A stretch of DNA of 64,000 nucleotides, taken from Oikopleura dioica. Lineage: Eukaryota; Animalia; Chordata. The position numbers were made by a program, and so were the translations under genes. The notes beneath the pieces are model-generated. The model had not been told where the DNA came from and did not search any database. It saw only the letters and a program-made list of their open reading frames with translations. Within the stretch, counting starts at the first letter, position 1. Each line of letters begins with the position of its first letter. This document shows, piece by piece, positions 50,801 to 64,000 of the stretch. Location of the stretch: contig OU015569.1 of NCBI GenBank assembly GCA_907165135.1, positions 6,262,001 to 6,326,000 on the forward strand, given 5' to 3'.

Positions 50801-51351
50801 GTTACTTGCCTTGTCAATGCCATTTGTAAGCAGAATGAGGTATTTGTCGTTTTCCGAGTGTTTTTGGCTTTGTCGGGCGCTGAAGACGCTAATGACATTA
50901 TCTACCATACCGCTGTAGTCTGTGCTGCCTCCGAGCAATGGGTTGGTGTTGTTTGAGGAGATTTCGAGGAGATCATCGCGAGATAGCTCATTATCGTCGA
51001 ACGAGAGAACGTTGTTCACTCGGCTGGAGAACGAGCCGACAGCAACCCGTGAGCTTTCCATTGTGATAACGTCATCAATGTTCAATTGTCTCTGATTTCG
51101 GATTTAGCTCTAGTTTTTTGTCAACTGACTCAAACCTTTAATTGTTTCGCAGCCCCAAAAGACCAGTTCCTGATGAGTTCCCATCGCTCTCCAGCATGGC
51201 AAACGGAGGAATCCATCATGATCATAACGTCGGCGTGACATTGGCTTGTGACGGGTTTGTCTTTGCACTCGCTCTCGCAGATGCACGTTGCTTCTATATG
51301 CTCTGCACGGGCAGTGTTGCCCAAAAGGGCAAACAATCCCCAAACTCTCAT
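47815..51351 (-). CDS. vWA-vWA-collagen-vWA protein (collagen VI/XXVIII-like)
   Basis: Signal peptide [11 protein letters not shown]; vWA DxS starts ([23 protein letters not shown]) and TDG motifs; ~325-aa Gly-X-Y domain at ~49744-48767. Confidence 0.88.
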
Positions 51352-51599
51352 TTTTGTTAATGTTCGTCTTCGGGTTGCTTGAGCGTCGATACCCGGCAAG
51401 AGCAATAAATTCAAATCCAAATGATCATAATCCAAGCAGCTGTTCGTATAAAAATAAGTTTTATGGCGAACTTGGAGATCGGTACGCGAAAAATTTATTC
51501 GAGGTGTATTTACGACGAATGAGTGAGGCATTGGAAATATCTTGCGAGGGCGATTGAGGGTCTTTATTGACTAAAGAGGACGGCACAGGGAAGATTTAC

Positions 51600-52345
51600 A
51601 GTTAGTTATCGGTGATCGGCAAAAACTTGAAATCGCATTCGCTGAGTGATTCGTATAAGAAGGAAGATGGCGATGAAAACTGAAAGCCCAGATAATACCA
51701 TCGCTACCATCATCAATGTCACGTGAGTGGCTTAATGTCTTAATTAAAACTGACTCAACAATTCTATCCTACTGTCAACTGGAAGGAGTCGTTCACGAAA
51801 GGGAGTCGATCCAAGATACAACCCGTTCAAAAATACATTTGCCAAAAGCGCACCTAGAAAGAATCAGAATCATTTTCTTTAACAACCAACCGAGGGAGCA
51901 TTTGATTAGACAATTTGCCTTCGCTTCTTTAAAATCGCAGCAAGATAGACAAAGGGGTAATGCAAACCAGGTACTAGAGAAACGCTAGTTATTAAACAAA
52001 TTCAAAAGAGCAGATCGTACGCAAAAGTACCAATCAGAGCAGCTTCTCCAAGGTTAAGTTTGGTATGCTGATGTTCCTCTGGAAACTGTGAAAGAATAGT
52101 CAGGAAATGGACTAAAAATAAAATTACCATTCCGAAAAATGTCGCGACCAGTCCTCCTCCAACCCCACAGCCGATCGCTCCAAGGTTGGCAACAACTAGA
52201 AGCCAGGCTAACAGTGTTATCATCCTCTGTCCTATCATCTCTCTTTTTTCGTGTTGCAAACTATAGGGAAAGTTTCTGCTTCACTTTTGCGATGATTGTG
52301 GGGATCTTTCAAAAATGACCAGGGCTAAAAACTTAGTGATCCTGA
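51600..52345 (-). other. Possible multi-pass membrane protein gene, unresolved
   Basis: Several hydrophobic exon-like segments (e.g. ORF 52002-52259); no family recognised. Confidence 0.3.
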
Positions 52346-53873
52346 AAATAGATTCAATCACCCATGAGATCATGAAGGAGCGCTCAAGAATTTATGTTTA
52401 TTCAAAGTGACAGTATTCGCTTTTTTATGCGTTTATTTTGGGAGAGCTCTGATGATGATGAAGTTCACCTAATGAACTTATTTGAAATAATTCATCCCTT
52501 GTTTTAGTGCGGATGCTATAAAACTCCGTCGAATGGACGCAAGGCGGTATTTTCGGAACGGCTGATCTGACCTGATCCTCTTTGAATAATGCCGGTCACT
52601 ACGTTCGATCCAACCGATTTGATGTAAAAAATATGGACCATTTGGACGAGTTTGATTTTTTCTCCGTATCTGCTCCATATCGAGCCAAGTTCCCAAAGAG
52701 AAAACTCAAAGGTACTCACTGAAACTTCCTATTTGAGAATCAATTTCATTCAGCTGCAATTTCTTTAATCTTTGGTGGAGCTGTTCTTGTTTACTTTATC
52801 CAAACTCATCATAATTTGGTATAAAGGGTTCAAATTTTGCAAATTGCAATGTACCATGGTCCATTGGTGCCATTTGAAGCAACTTTGCTTAATTTAAACC
52901 TTGTGAAAGATCTTTTCGGAAGATGTTTGGTTCATGATTCAGGGATGGGTCCTATCGTAAAAAAAAAATTAACTGAAGAAATTATGATCAACCATCAAAA
53001 GTTTTTTGAGCATCATTACATCTTGGCAACTGGATTAGTGGTTGGTGTAGTTGGCTCAGTTATAGTAGGATACTTTTGAATTATGATTTCGAACTTCAAT
53101 GAACTTCAAGTGTATGATCGAGTGTGGAATACTCGCATACAGAGTTTGGAAAGAGTTTCACGGATTCTACAGCGAGCTTGACGATTGGCAGTGGGTAAGA
53201 GTAAAAAAGTGATCTGTCTTCGGGTGACAAGTTTGTAGGGTCGGAAGACGAGGCCTGGATCAACATCGGTGGCAGACGTTGTTATTAGTTCCAGATCACT
53301 GACTGCTTCAATCAAAAGAAAGCAATTTAAAGAAAGAAGCCTAAATGATTTCTGAATCAAATTTTCTCTCATTCATTATGCTGCAAATAAGTGACAACTC
53401 ATCGAATATTTTACTTTATTTCATTTTGGTCAATAGAGAAGGACCGAATCAATCGACCACGATTGAAAAGTAAGGCACAGAAAAGTAGGACTTATAATAC
53501 ATGATAGGCCATTACACCTATAAAAGGAGTCGAACAGCTCATTTGTTAATTAAAAGGGAAATAAAGGGTCAAACATGCAATGATACGATTAAAAACTTTT
53601 GACAAACTAAATCACGTTTTCCATTTTTCAGAACTAAAAATTCGATTGAACTGTTAAATAAAAGTTTGATTGAGTGAAAAATTTAACTCAGCCACACTCT
53701 AGTTGAAATATTTAAACAATTTCCGTCAAAAAAAAGGCGTCATTATCTCTGAAAAATTTTAAGAATAATAAAAAAAAATATTGCGAAGTCGTAGGCTACA
53801 GTAGGCTACTTGTAGTTTTGGAACATATTAAGGAGTTGGAACTTCCAGAGCTGGCAAGAAGGTAATTCATTTT

Positions 53874-56800
53874 CTAATTTGAACTATTCGGCGATGACGT
53901 CGTTTTGGAAATCTGTATATCCGTTGGTTTGGGCAGAATAAAAGGCTCGTTGAGCATAGTCGGCAAGCCAAGCATCAGCGTTGTGTTTCCATTGGATTGT
54001 TGCGGAGCGCGTTTGCCCCAATGTGAGGCACGTTTTGTCTTTCGTATTTCGGAAAGACGAAACGACATTACTTAAAGGCTTCGTCAGATTTTGTTTGTTC
54101 GTGCATTTTACTCACCTTGCCTCACTTCAGTCATTGTGCAGTTGTACCATTTAGTCGTCTCGGAATGGAGCAGGTCCACTTTATGCTGGTCGAGATCCTT
54201 AATCGACTCCACAACTAGTTCATCCTCGTTGAAAAGACATCTGGCCAAAAGTCTAACTGCTTTTGAAAGATTCAATGTTCCTCGCTGCGCTTCTAAAAAC
54301 GAACATTCTAATCCGGCGGGAATTATTTTCGGAACGATTAGAAATATATTTTTTCATCGAAATAGCTATTTTAAGGGTGCGATTTGTTGCCACGCGAAAT
54401 AAATATTTCAGGATTACGCGGTGCTCATGCACTTAAAATAACTCAATTTGCGCCCGTATGCGGTAAGGTGTACCCACATGGGACCGGAAGCGACAATTTC
54501 GATTTGTTGCCAGCGACGGGCGAGTTTCTCAAAAATTAACGCCGCTTTTCTCCTCTCGGCGCAGATAATTATCCAAAAATGGAGAGAGGTCGACCCCGTG
54601 CCTAGCTCACAAGAAACAAGATAAATTTGTCGTATGGCTCATTTGCGGGGTGACCCTGATGGTCAAGTGTCGCATTCCAAGCATAACACCGACAGATATA
54701 TCATTTTTTGGAGTTTAAATCTTCTACTTTATCATTTACTTCAAAATTCCAAGTCTATCTAAGCCGAGTAGAATTGAAGTGGCGACCCGAAGTGGCCTTG
54801 AGTCAGGAGTACGCTGTGAGCGCGTAGATATATCTGTCCCATTGAGACTTCCCCTTTGTGCGCGCAAAAAGGATTAAGGGCCTAGATTTCTTTGTGAAAA
54901 GCACAAAAGGGCCCATGCCAAAACTGGCTAATACCCCTTCAATGTCACATGTGTATGCTTACCTGTTCTCATCTTTTGAAGTGTTTGTAGGGTGCCCGTC
55001 TTTGCCGCTATCCGTTCGATCTGATCCATTCCCTCTTCCTCGTCCTCTTGCTTTATACATACACTTGTATCAATAGTTTCAATATCTTCATCCACAGTTC
55101 CCGTCGTTCCTCCCATTGCCGCTGCCATACTGGCTAGGGTCGCCCCAAAAGGCCCGTTCTGATCACTAAAACCAACTTGTTAAAAGCAAGTTTCTAGAGA
55201 GTAAAGTGAAGTGGCTATCATAATTGTAGCGTTGGATCGAAGAGTAGCTGGCCAGGCCGGGCAGATAAGCATGTGTTGAGTATGCCTAGAGCTGCATCTA
55301 GCCGCTCTTATCACCGATTTTGAGAGTAAATATTTTTCCTGGACCTGTTTCACCACTTGCGGGCGCCGCTAAGTCCTTGAGATCGAAGAGATCTCGACAC
55401 TTTTGATTTTTAAAGGGTGTACCTGTCGAATCTTTCGATGGGAATGTCATTCGCTACAGCCACTTCACACGTGCAAACTCAATCAAATGATTACCTGAGA
55501 TGATGGTTTTTTATTTCGACGAGTCTTTTGGATGCCTGATTCGCTAGTGCTGCAGCGTTCAACGAAAGATTCTTGATTGGTGTCGATTTTCGCCTAAAAT
55601 GTCGGACATTAGATGACATTTGAGATGACAGTTGTCCCCCTAAAAGGTCGTTCGGGTGACGTTAAGACGGCATGAGGCACGGGTCAACTGGAAAAGGGTT
55701 GAGCGCCGTAAAAAATGAATTTGGCGAAGACATTGTGGGAGCGCGATTCTCGCCCTCAAAAATTCGCGGATAACGATATTGAAATTTGGGAAAGCTTTCA
55801 CAGGGGGCGTTGGCTTCATTGGCCCTTTGCTCTGCGCGACGGTCACCTCGTTAGGCACCTTGTTCGCGTACTTAGCATCCGCCCAAATGAGGAAAGGGAA
55901 ACTCATTTGCGCAGAGCTTCAAGACCCAAATTTCTTAATTCGTTTTTGGCGCTCGTTTGCGTCGAATTTATGTTCTTCTTTTGAAATCCAACGCTCCGAA
56001 TTTGACCCTAGCGGTGAAGTGATAAGGAGATAAGCACTAGATCACCCGCTGTGGTGGATCCATCCCCCATAATCCCCACGTCGATGCTATGGTGGAGCTG
56101 GCCTGCCACCACCATTCGCCATCGGCAACCACAAAATACGGGAGACGCTGTAGGACTAATTCGCTTCGAAGGCAGTCCGTTTCGGATTAAAATCCGCACG
56201 CTCGCGCGGCTTGTAGCGCAATCACTTTGGATGCACCGTCTGCCGATTTCGAATGGGATTAAACCGCCCTGCCAACCAATCTCGAATATAATTCCACATG
56301 GCCATCACTGATTTGTGAAATTTTCAAGTTTAATGTTGTCGCGAGTTCGATAGCACTCGACCCCATTCAGATTGGTAAAGCATCATGCTGAAGAGGCCCC
56401 TCTTCTGCCGAAATGGACGGACTTCATGGCGGAATGCCAAAACTAAGGCCATAAACTGACCGGCCGACACTTTGACATTGCCCTGCTGGGCATCTCCTTA
56501 TATCCTTAGCCCCCAGTCGCCGTTCTTGGTCACGTGCCAAACAAGGGCTCCGACCCTTGAGTTTCCCTCCATTTGATTTTACGAGATTCATTAATGCTTT
56601 CCTATAAAAATCGTTGATGAAAATTCCAGGAGAAAACTTGATTTTTGCTGTTGACATTTTCAACTTGACATACTGATTCGCTAGTATGTATAGCACATAT
56701 TTATGTAACATGAATACTAATCATTAAAATTTATTTTTTATTAGCTGCAAGTTTCTGCTGATAAATAAAATATATTTAATAAGAAGGGATTTAAATGTGC

Positions 56801-58390
56801 GAAATTCGGTGGTGTTTTACCGGTTGATACGCGCGGTTGTTTTACATGCCCTTGAAATAGGTGCCAGTTAGCTGTCGGATGGCACTCGACATGAAAGGGC
56901 CGCCAAACTGCAACTGAGCTTTCGTTTCAAAACAAAAGCCTGCCAAAGCATAACTTTAATTTAGAAGAAGGGGACGTCTTTCTGAGTGTCTTTTCATTAC
57001 TGAGAATCGGTTCAAATTTATCATCTTGCTAGTCATTTTCCCTGCGTCACAATTTTGGTCATCAATAGAGGGGGCTTTGAGACTTCGATTAAAATGCACT
57101 TTACAAACCTTATCTTTGCTGGCTTCTCACCGAGCGCCTGGGACGTTGACATGTTGATTTGCTTGAGAACATCTTGCAGTTTCGCCGGGTGGTTGCTCAT
57201 CGGCTCGTCACCGGATGAGCTCGACGTGATTGAATTGTTTGGCTCGACTACCGACAACGTCGAGTTTGGCGCTAGGAGTCCCTTTTGCATCGCTGCTTGG
57301 AGTAGAGTCTGCAGCGAAGGACTGATTGCTTCGGAGCTTGGAAGGCTAATCTCATTTTCGTCCTAAACTGGATAAAACATGGCAATATGGGAACAAAAAC
57401 ATGTGTTTTCTAATAACTTGAAGCTCGTCTTAACAACAAATTATACTCAGTAAAATCGTTGATAATGTTGAGCATAGATATTTCATTTAGAATAGACTTT
57501 CTAAACGAAAAGAAAACCAAACTAGCATTATGTATAGCTTCAAGCGGAGTTCTCCGACGAAAAGTTAAACTGTGGGTGAAATTGAGCTGAAAGAAAATTA
57601 TGGGCGCAATTACCCTTAGATGGAAAGTAAGCTCCATCTTTATTCTGGACACGGTTTGACTCAGAGACTTCAGATCATGAACTGACTGCTACAACTTACC
57701 TTGATGCGCTGAATGCGTTCAAGAAGCTCACTCTTCTGAGCAGTGAGTAGTTGCGATGTGGTGGAGCCGCTCACGTGATTGGTGGTGCCGTTTTCGAATG
57801 TGGCGGCGGCGGAGGCCTCCTCCGCTGCATCTGCCGTGGAGCTCTGCCAAAAGAGAGAAACCTTAAGACGCGTAAGGGATTTGTTATTTCCCGCGAAATT
57901 CGAATTTCACGCCGTGAAAATTATGTTTCCGGAGAAAGAAATCTGCGCTTGTGCCAAATTCAAGGGGCACCATTATTATCCTAGTGTTTATATCAAAAGA
58001 TATTACCACCTTGGACAAATTGATTTAGCATCGTTTGATAAGTAGGAATAATATCTATTTGGCTATATGTTATTCGTCTTCTAACGAACAGGAAAAGTCA
58101 ATAAACATCAACGAGCCGGCGCGTATGGGGAAATATGGGCGTGCTGCTTGTGTTACAAAAAGCAAGCAAAGACAGATCGCATGAATAATGACCATTACAG
58201 ATCATCGGTAAATGTCTTACTTGGACGCCTGTGTTGTTCACCAAGATCGACCACTTGGGCAATTGCAAGTCTTCCCTCTTCGCGATCTGTTGGAAAGCCA
58301 AGCTCTTCCAGAAAGCAAGTGGAATCGTGTCCATAATTTCTTGAATATCCATGATTTCTTCAGAGTAGATGGCTTCTTGTTTAAATCTCT
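53874..58390 (-). CDS. Putative BEN-domain nuclear protein with long introns (5' end unresolved)
   Basis: Exon-like blocks at ~58390-58220, 57846-57700, 57363-57109, 55594-55494, 55168-54963, 54293-54116 and 54070-53874; the last three join in phase, the middle junctions were not all checked. C-terminal SKAVRLLARCLFNEDEL...LDQHKVDLL...EVRQVMSFRLSEIRK fits a BEN pattern. Confidence 0.5.
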
Positions 58391-61300
58391 GTAAGAGTTA
58401 TTGTATGCTCTTGAATTTTAAACGTCAAAGTCTTTGGAGATATTGAGTTTATGAAAAAGTCTAGCTGGAATACAATCTAGGTGCAGTTGCAAGGGTTCGG
58501 TGGTTCTTTCAGATTTCTCTGCCCAAGGTTGCTGTGGCGTGTGTTATCGATCTCTTCGCTGCTCGCCCCTTATGAGCCAACTGAGCCATATAACGTCGCT
58601 AGTAGGCCACTAGCCCCACTGGCGCTTGGGTCCCCCATCGCAAGATTACTCTAGGGCGGCCCTATGTTACCATACCGGGCACCCTTCCCCCATTTTGAGT
58701 GGCTAGGTGTTGTAAATTTAAACTTAGCCAGGGCCCTTTTGGCTTTATGGCCCTATTTTAGTCTAGTGTGGTATCATACTTATTCTCCTATGGTGGGACG
58801 GTGTAGTAGCCTCGGGTGGCTTGGTGGAGAAGCCACCTCACCAAGCTGGACGAGCTCGGAAAGCTCGATAGCGCCCGCCGAGCCGAGGCGCTAGAATTGT
58901 CGTGCACTTGAAATAGCGGGCTCACCCTAGCGAGAGCCCGAGCTCGGCTCAATGCTCTGCCTGAAATAAAAATAGCGCACCGGCTTTTGGTAGCACTTCT
59001 AAATTAAAATTCAAATCAGCAAGCACGGGTCAAGTTCAACGCGAGTTTTATGGGGATGATTGTCAGCATGGCCGCAATCGTTAAACATCGCTCGCCGCCA
59101 GGAAACAAAAACCAAAAGCAACAAACGAGCTTTCGACCATAAATATCATCACTAACCACGTTCTTAATTTGGTTTCGGAGAGTTGAGACACGCGACCTTC
59201 TCACCGCCGATGTTGGCGCTCACTTAACCCCTTGATGCACAAGGCGACATGGGGTGGCTAGAAATGTCAAGACTCGTGCAGCTGCCGCTGCTGATGGGTT
59301 AAGCCAAAGGCCATGACTTTCGCCAGTCGCGTACACGCCAGTTCTAATCCATGCAGCTCGCGGTAACCAGCTCTCAACTTCTAACTGGAGCAACAAAAAA
59401 TCGCGGCCAAACTTAATCCGCCATAAATATAGAGTCCGGAATCGAGCGCGCGCCCTTGAAGTTGAATGGGTCGGGATTTTATGGCCGAGAATGCGGCTTA
59501 CCACTCCTGACCTTCAAGGGCTATTTAAAACTTTTCGAAACCACCAAAGACGGATATGCCCGGGCGAGCAGTGACCCTATCCTTCTTGTGGGTGCTCCAC
59601 TTAATTTCCTCAAAGACCATCTTGCGTGAAAAATATCTCCAAAAATTCTTGTAATCTCAACGTTTTTCATAGAAAATATCTTTTAATTAAGATTGATTCG
59701 GCGGCGGCAAACGAGTTGCTCCCACTTACGACTAACCTTGAGCGGCGGTGAGATTGTTTTAAAATATTTGGGAAGAAGATATTCTTGACTGTGCGATTTC
59801 AAACATAGTGAGAAATAAATTGCCGCTGTATCTTTCTCGTACTTTTCTGGCAAATGAAATTAGTTATCAAAAAATTGATCACGGCCCATTGATTAATAAA
59901 GAATAAACTATTACCAGAAGGGCAATCAGCATTTTCATTAACTTAGATTCGAACTCGCGGGAATACAAAAGTTAAATTTTAAAGAAGTTTTCAAAATTGA
60001 AACACTTTGAAATTATGACGTCAGCCATTATTCTCTAACCAAGAATAAGGAAAGGCAATGCGGAAGTGTTGTCTTTTTCTATAGACGAGTGAATTGGACG
60101 GGTCAGCTAAACCTTCTGAATTAGTCCCACTCGTCATCGTCGTTTGTCAACACCTTCACTCACTGTCAAGCTCTGCTAGGGTATCACCACGTGTTTCTTG
60201 AGTATTCAATAAACAACAAGGTCCCTCTTTAAGAGACTTCATGTCTCGTTACCTATGAGATATTTCTTTGAAAAGTGTTCGGAAAGTGCCAAGTAAATTG
60301 ACAAAGCCTTAATGAAAAATATAGCTTTGCGATTTGCACTTTAAGGTTTCTAAGTTTGGAATCGTCAACACCCGCAATCACAGACTGTATACCCGACTAG
60401 TAGTCTTCCGGTGTTGATTTACGCTTCGTGGAAGCGTTTGCGCTTCTCGTTTGCGCAGACCGCAAATGATTAGCAATTTGCAAGTTAAGGTGTTGAGAAT
60501 CAGACGTAAAAGAATTTCCCTGCTTTCCAGATAAACTAATTGACGCTAGAATCGACGCCATAAATCAAGACCAGCGAAGTGCAAGATTTGCTAAATTGCC
60601 CTCCCGGAAAGATATTACTCGAGACAGACTGATAATGAGCTGGTTAGTTCGCTTCTTAAAATACAGAGAAAATGGACAACAGTGATGAAAATGAATCTAG
60701 GAGACTCAGCCAGAGAGACCAAAAGGATAATTTCGAAGAAATTCTTTTGGACGAAAAAATTTGCTTTCAGGTCGGTGTGGACCCTTGTATAACCCACTGA
60801 GAAAATTCCCTTTTAGACTTTATAGTAGTACTGACAGTTGTATCGATACCGTTTATTTTTTGTAGTGAATATTTAATTTGAGCAATGGGTGTTTTCATAG
60901 CTAAAGCCCGTTTTTTCTTCTGAAAGAATTTCTTTGAAATTGTCCAAGGTGCTTGCAACTCTTTACGACAGTAGGAGATTAGACTGGAATGACCCGATCG
61001 AAATCAAACGCTCGGTAAGCTTGCTTTTTAACGCAAATGCTTATTTTTAGATGATTTCAAAACCTCTCAAATTTCTATCAGGATAGGCTAATTGCTTTCG
61101 AATATAGCAACTTTTTTTTCAAAAAAAAAAAAATCGCAAGCTCTCAAAAGATCCATTCGTGCGTCCCTCTATATGCGTTCTTATATTCAGGGACAGCTTT
61201 CGCTTTGCTCTATAAAACTTGATTGAAGCTTTTCTAAAATAGCGAAAGCGTGCTTTTGTTTATCAGTGCATGCTGCTTTAGTCTTCTGTCAACTGCGAGC

Positions 61301-62088
61301 TTTGAGAATTTGTTTCAAGGGTTGGAATCTACTATCGCGGCTTGACTCACATTTCAACCCTTCTACAGCTACTCTCTCAGAATTTACCGGTGCCTAAGAA
61401 GTCCAGCAGTGTCACACTTTTGATTTTTCTGAGGTTTTCTTGCGATTTCAAGCGATTGGTTTCACGAATTTAAGTTTTTTACTTTTGGCTGGCGGCGTTG
61501 GTGGAGCCATCAAAGGATTACAAACGAGAATTACTCTCGAACGGCGAAAAATGTTGATCAACTCATACTTGCTAAGGTAATAAAAGTAATTCGTCGTCTG
61601 AATTTTCTATTTCCGTGTAAAGCTCCAGTACTCCAGCCATGACGCTTTCAATCATTCTTTGATTGCGTCTGCCTTGAAAGTTATCATCATACTAAAGTTC
61701 AGACAAGTTATAATATTCTAGCAACAACCATCGAATACTCCGTCGAACTGCACTGACACCGGCTGAATTTGGTGACTTTGTCTGACAATGTCTGTAACTA
61801 CGAAAACCGGGCAAGTTGCATCAGAAGAAATGTACATTTTCCTTCAAAAGAGCCGTTTTGGTCGTGCAATACCTTTCGACTTTGTTTACTGAAGAACAAG
61901 CGGCTCATTATAATAAAAAATGTTTATTTTTCAGTATTCAATCAGTGAGTTTCAGCTGATTATGATCATCTACAGGAGGATGCATGTTTATTCCCTTAGT
62001 ATTGAAGTTACAGGTTAGGGTCGCAAGATGGCATGTCGAGTTGTTGGACTGATCAAAGTCGATAAATCATACGGAGATGGTGATGGGA

Positions 62089-64000
62089 CTAGCAATTTTG
62101 TTTGTTTATGCTGTTGATGTTTGAGATTGTTGTCGTGGATGTGTTCCGGTATTCTAACTTGAGTAACCTAAGCGGCGGCTGAACTCGGATCGACAAAAGT
62201 GTCATTTTTATAATGAGATGATAAAATGCCAATAGTTTGAGATCCTTTCCTTCTCCCATGTCGACATAGTCGGCCGGGAAGAGTCCTTCAGTGCCATCTT
62301 GTTTGCGCCCTTTGCACCAACCTTCTTCGTCTGGCTCGCCAAGAACGTAGATCATTTCTCCCTCTGTCAGCTCGAGCTCATCATCGTCCTGTTTGGTCCA
62401 TGGATGTTTTACCATGGCCGTATATTCCCCGCCGGCTACAAAACGAGTCTCTATCAGTTCTTATATTTGCAAAAGACTCACTATCGGCTATTTGTACTTG
62501 TGGCTCTGGTTCCGACTCGGGCTCGCTATCGTAGCCTGAAACAATTAAATACTCGCTGCGAAATTCAAACTTACTGGGACTCTTCTGCGGTGGAGGCGAG
62601 TCGTACTGGGCAGACTGATTGTAAACGCCTTCTGTACCAGCTGCTACGTTTCCTGAAGCACTCGATCCAGACAATTTCTGTGCCTGCGCCAACTCATCGT
62701 ACGGCTGATACTCCGGCCACACCATATTAACCGCGTTATTTGGCCCCATGGTGTTGTTGTATCTAAGGTATTCCTTGTTGATTGCAACACAAAAAAGAAC
62801 ATTACATTTGGAGGTTTTGAGTGATGTCAATGGACTGCGCAGACTCTGCCACGCTTTCGAGGGTGTCTATAACATTGAATTTTTCTGATTCAGCGCCCTT
62901 TTCTTTTGCCTTGAGTTCGAATACCATGTTTTCGTTCTTTTCAAGTCCCAGGGCCTCATTAAAATTGCCAATGAGCTCGCTAAATTCAGTCAGATTTTCT
63001 GGTATTTAGATTTGGCGGACCTGGTCTTTTGTAAACGCTGCTTTTCAAACTCCATGGCGGCTTCAAAGGCCTCATTCATTCTTCTCACATAATTGTCCTT
63101 TTCGTCAACTAGTTCTTGTGATGACGTCTTAAACATAATTCGAGTATTGTTCAAGATAATGTCAAGAAATTAACTTGTCATATTTAACTGTTTGGAAAAA
63201 CCGTTGCTTACCCTGTAATGCTGGTCTTTGGCCTGCAAATCCGCGGATTTTGTCTGCAAATCGTTTTCCAACTTCGCCGCCTTTTGGTCATTTTGTTCAA
63301 GTTTGGCTTGATCATGTTGTTGACGAGCAGTTTTCTCTGCTTGCGTCGCCTGATGAATTTATGTTTTCTGATGAGATGAGAAAATCAAAGTTTGCATGGT
63401 GTAATGATGGATTATCGGAATGTTGGCATACCTTGTAAAACTGGTCTCGCAGTTGAACATTCTTTTTGTACATCTTTTCCCATGAATCTTGAGCTTGTTT
63501 AAACTTTTTCGTTTGCTCTTTTTGGGCATTTGATGGCCCGAAAAAGGACTTTTTCCAAGTATCCTCCTTCCACGTCTTGGCTGGTTGGGAACATTTTTCA
63601 TTGATTTCAGCGGCGATCGCCCTCAAAATTTGTATCATTCATTATTTTTGACAATGATTTATTATGCACATATTTTTAAGCATGCAGCGGCTTTGATCGA
63701 ATTTTAATTATGCATTTTGGAAGTATTTAATCTTCTCTAAATTGTTTACAGTGCTTCGTAAATGCAAAGAAAATTTCCACAGGATTCTTTCCGTTTAAAA
63801 TACCTGTGATGAGCGGCGGCACAGCGAGCAATTTTGATCTGTTCCAGCATTACTTGCTTAACTGGATCGTATTCCACAATTTTGCTGATTTTAGCTTCAT
63901 GCGTGCTAGCATACTTTTCGAACTCCTTGGCAGTTTTCATCTGGAGCTTCTGCATGGCATCCATCATATTGAAAAGATGGCCGGCAGCTTTCATGCCATC
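62089..64000 (-). CDS. PACSIN: PACSIN/syndapin (F-BAR + SH3), 5' end outside window
   Basis: F-BAR helices (KTWKEDTWKKSFFG...KFKQAQDSW); MGPNNAVNMVWPEY matches the PACSIN GPGMPMNWP motif; SH3 QDDDELEL...EPDEEGWCKGR...GLFPADYV. Confidence 0.88.

Noticed and set aside
48752-50956. Long plus-strand and alternate-frame ORFs over the collagen gene
   Set aside because: Shadow ORFs caused by Gly-X-Y codon periodicity and codon bias.
54478-54490. 13-bp match (ATGGGACCGGAAG) to the foldback element interior
   Set aside because: Too short, with no flanking similarity; compatible with chance.
58685-58702. CCCATTTTGAGT resembling part of the larvacean spliced leader
   Set aside because: Match is short, and there is no donor site, Sm site or adjacent 5S gene.

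Overview
Gene-dense eukaryotic genomic DNA. The very short (~35-100 nt) introns, operon-like head-to-tail gene runs with 100-300 nt spacers and at least one GA-AG intron point to a larvacean tunicate such as Oikopleura dioica (inference). Manual splicing of the fragmented ORFs gives about 25 genes. Minus strand, left part: ADAM10/17-like protease (partial), ARPC3, a short KID-less CREB-family bZIP and GLE1. Two divergent operon-like clusters follow: ATG3-CHMP6-MFSD14 (minus) and CD225-DUS3L-CEP19-CNPY-SCFD1 (plus). Further along are a SLAIN-like gene, a tetraspanin, a 7xPLAT protein, SSR3, two tandem single-TM PPSY proteins, a galanin-receptor-like GPCR, a divergent SMAD, an EF-hand protein, a vWA-collagen, a BEN-domain-like gene and PACSIN (partial). 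Non-genic highlights are a 971-bp foldback MULE-type element with a 9-bp TSD, a microhomology-bounded templated duplication at 25.3-25.6 kb and a hairpin-rich intron in MFSD14. Gene calls rest on recognised motifs and remembered family sequences, not on database searches, and exon boundaries are approximate.
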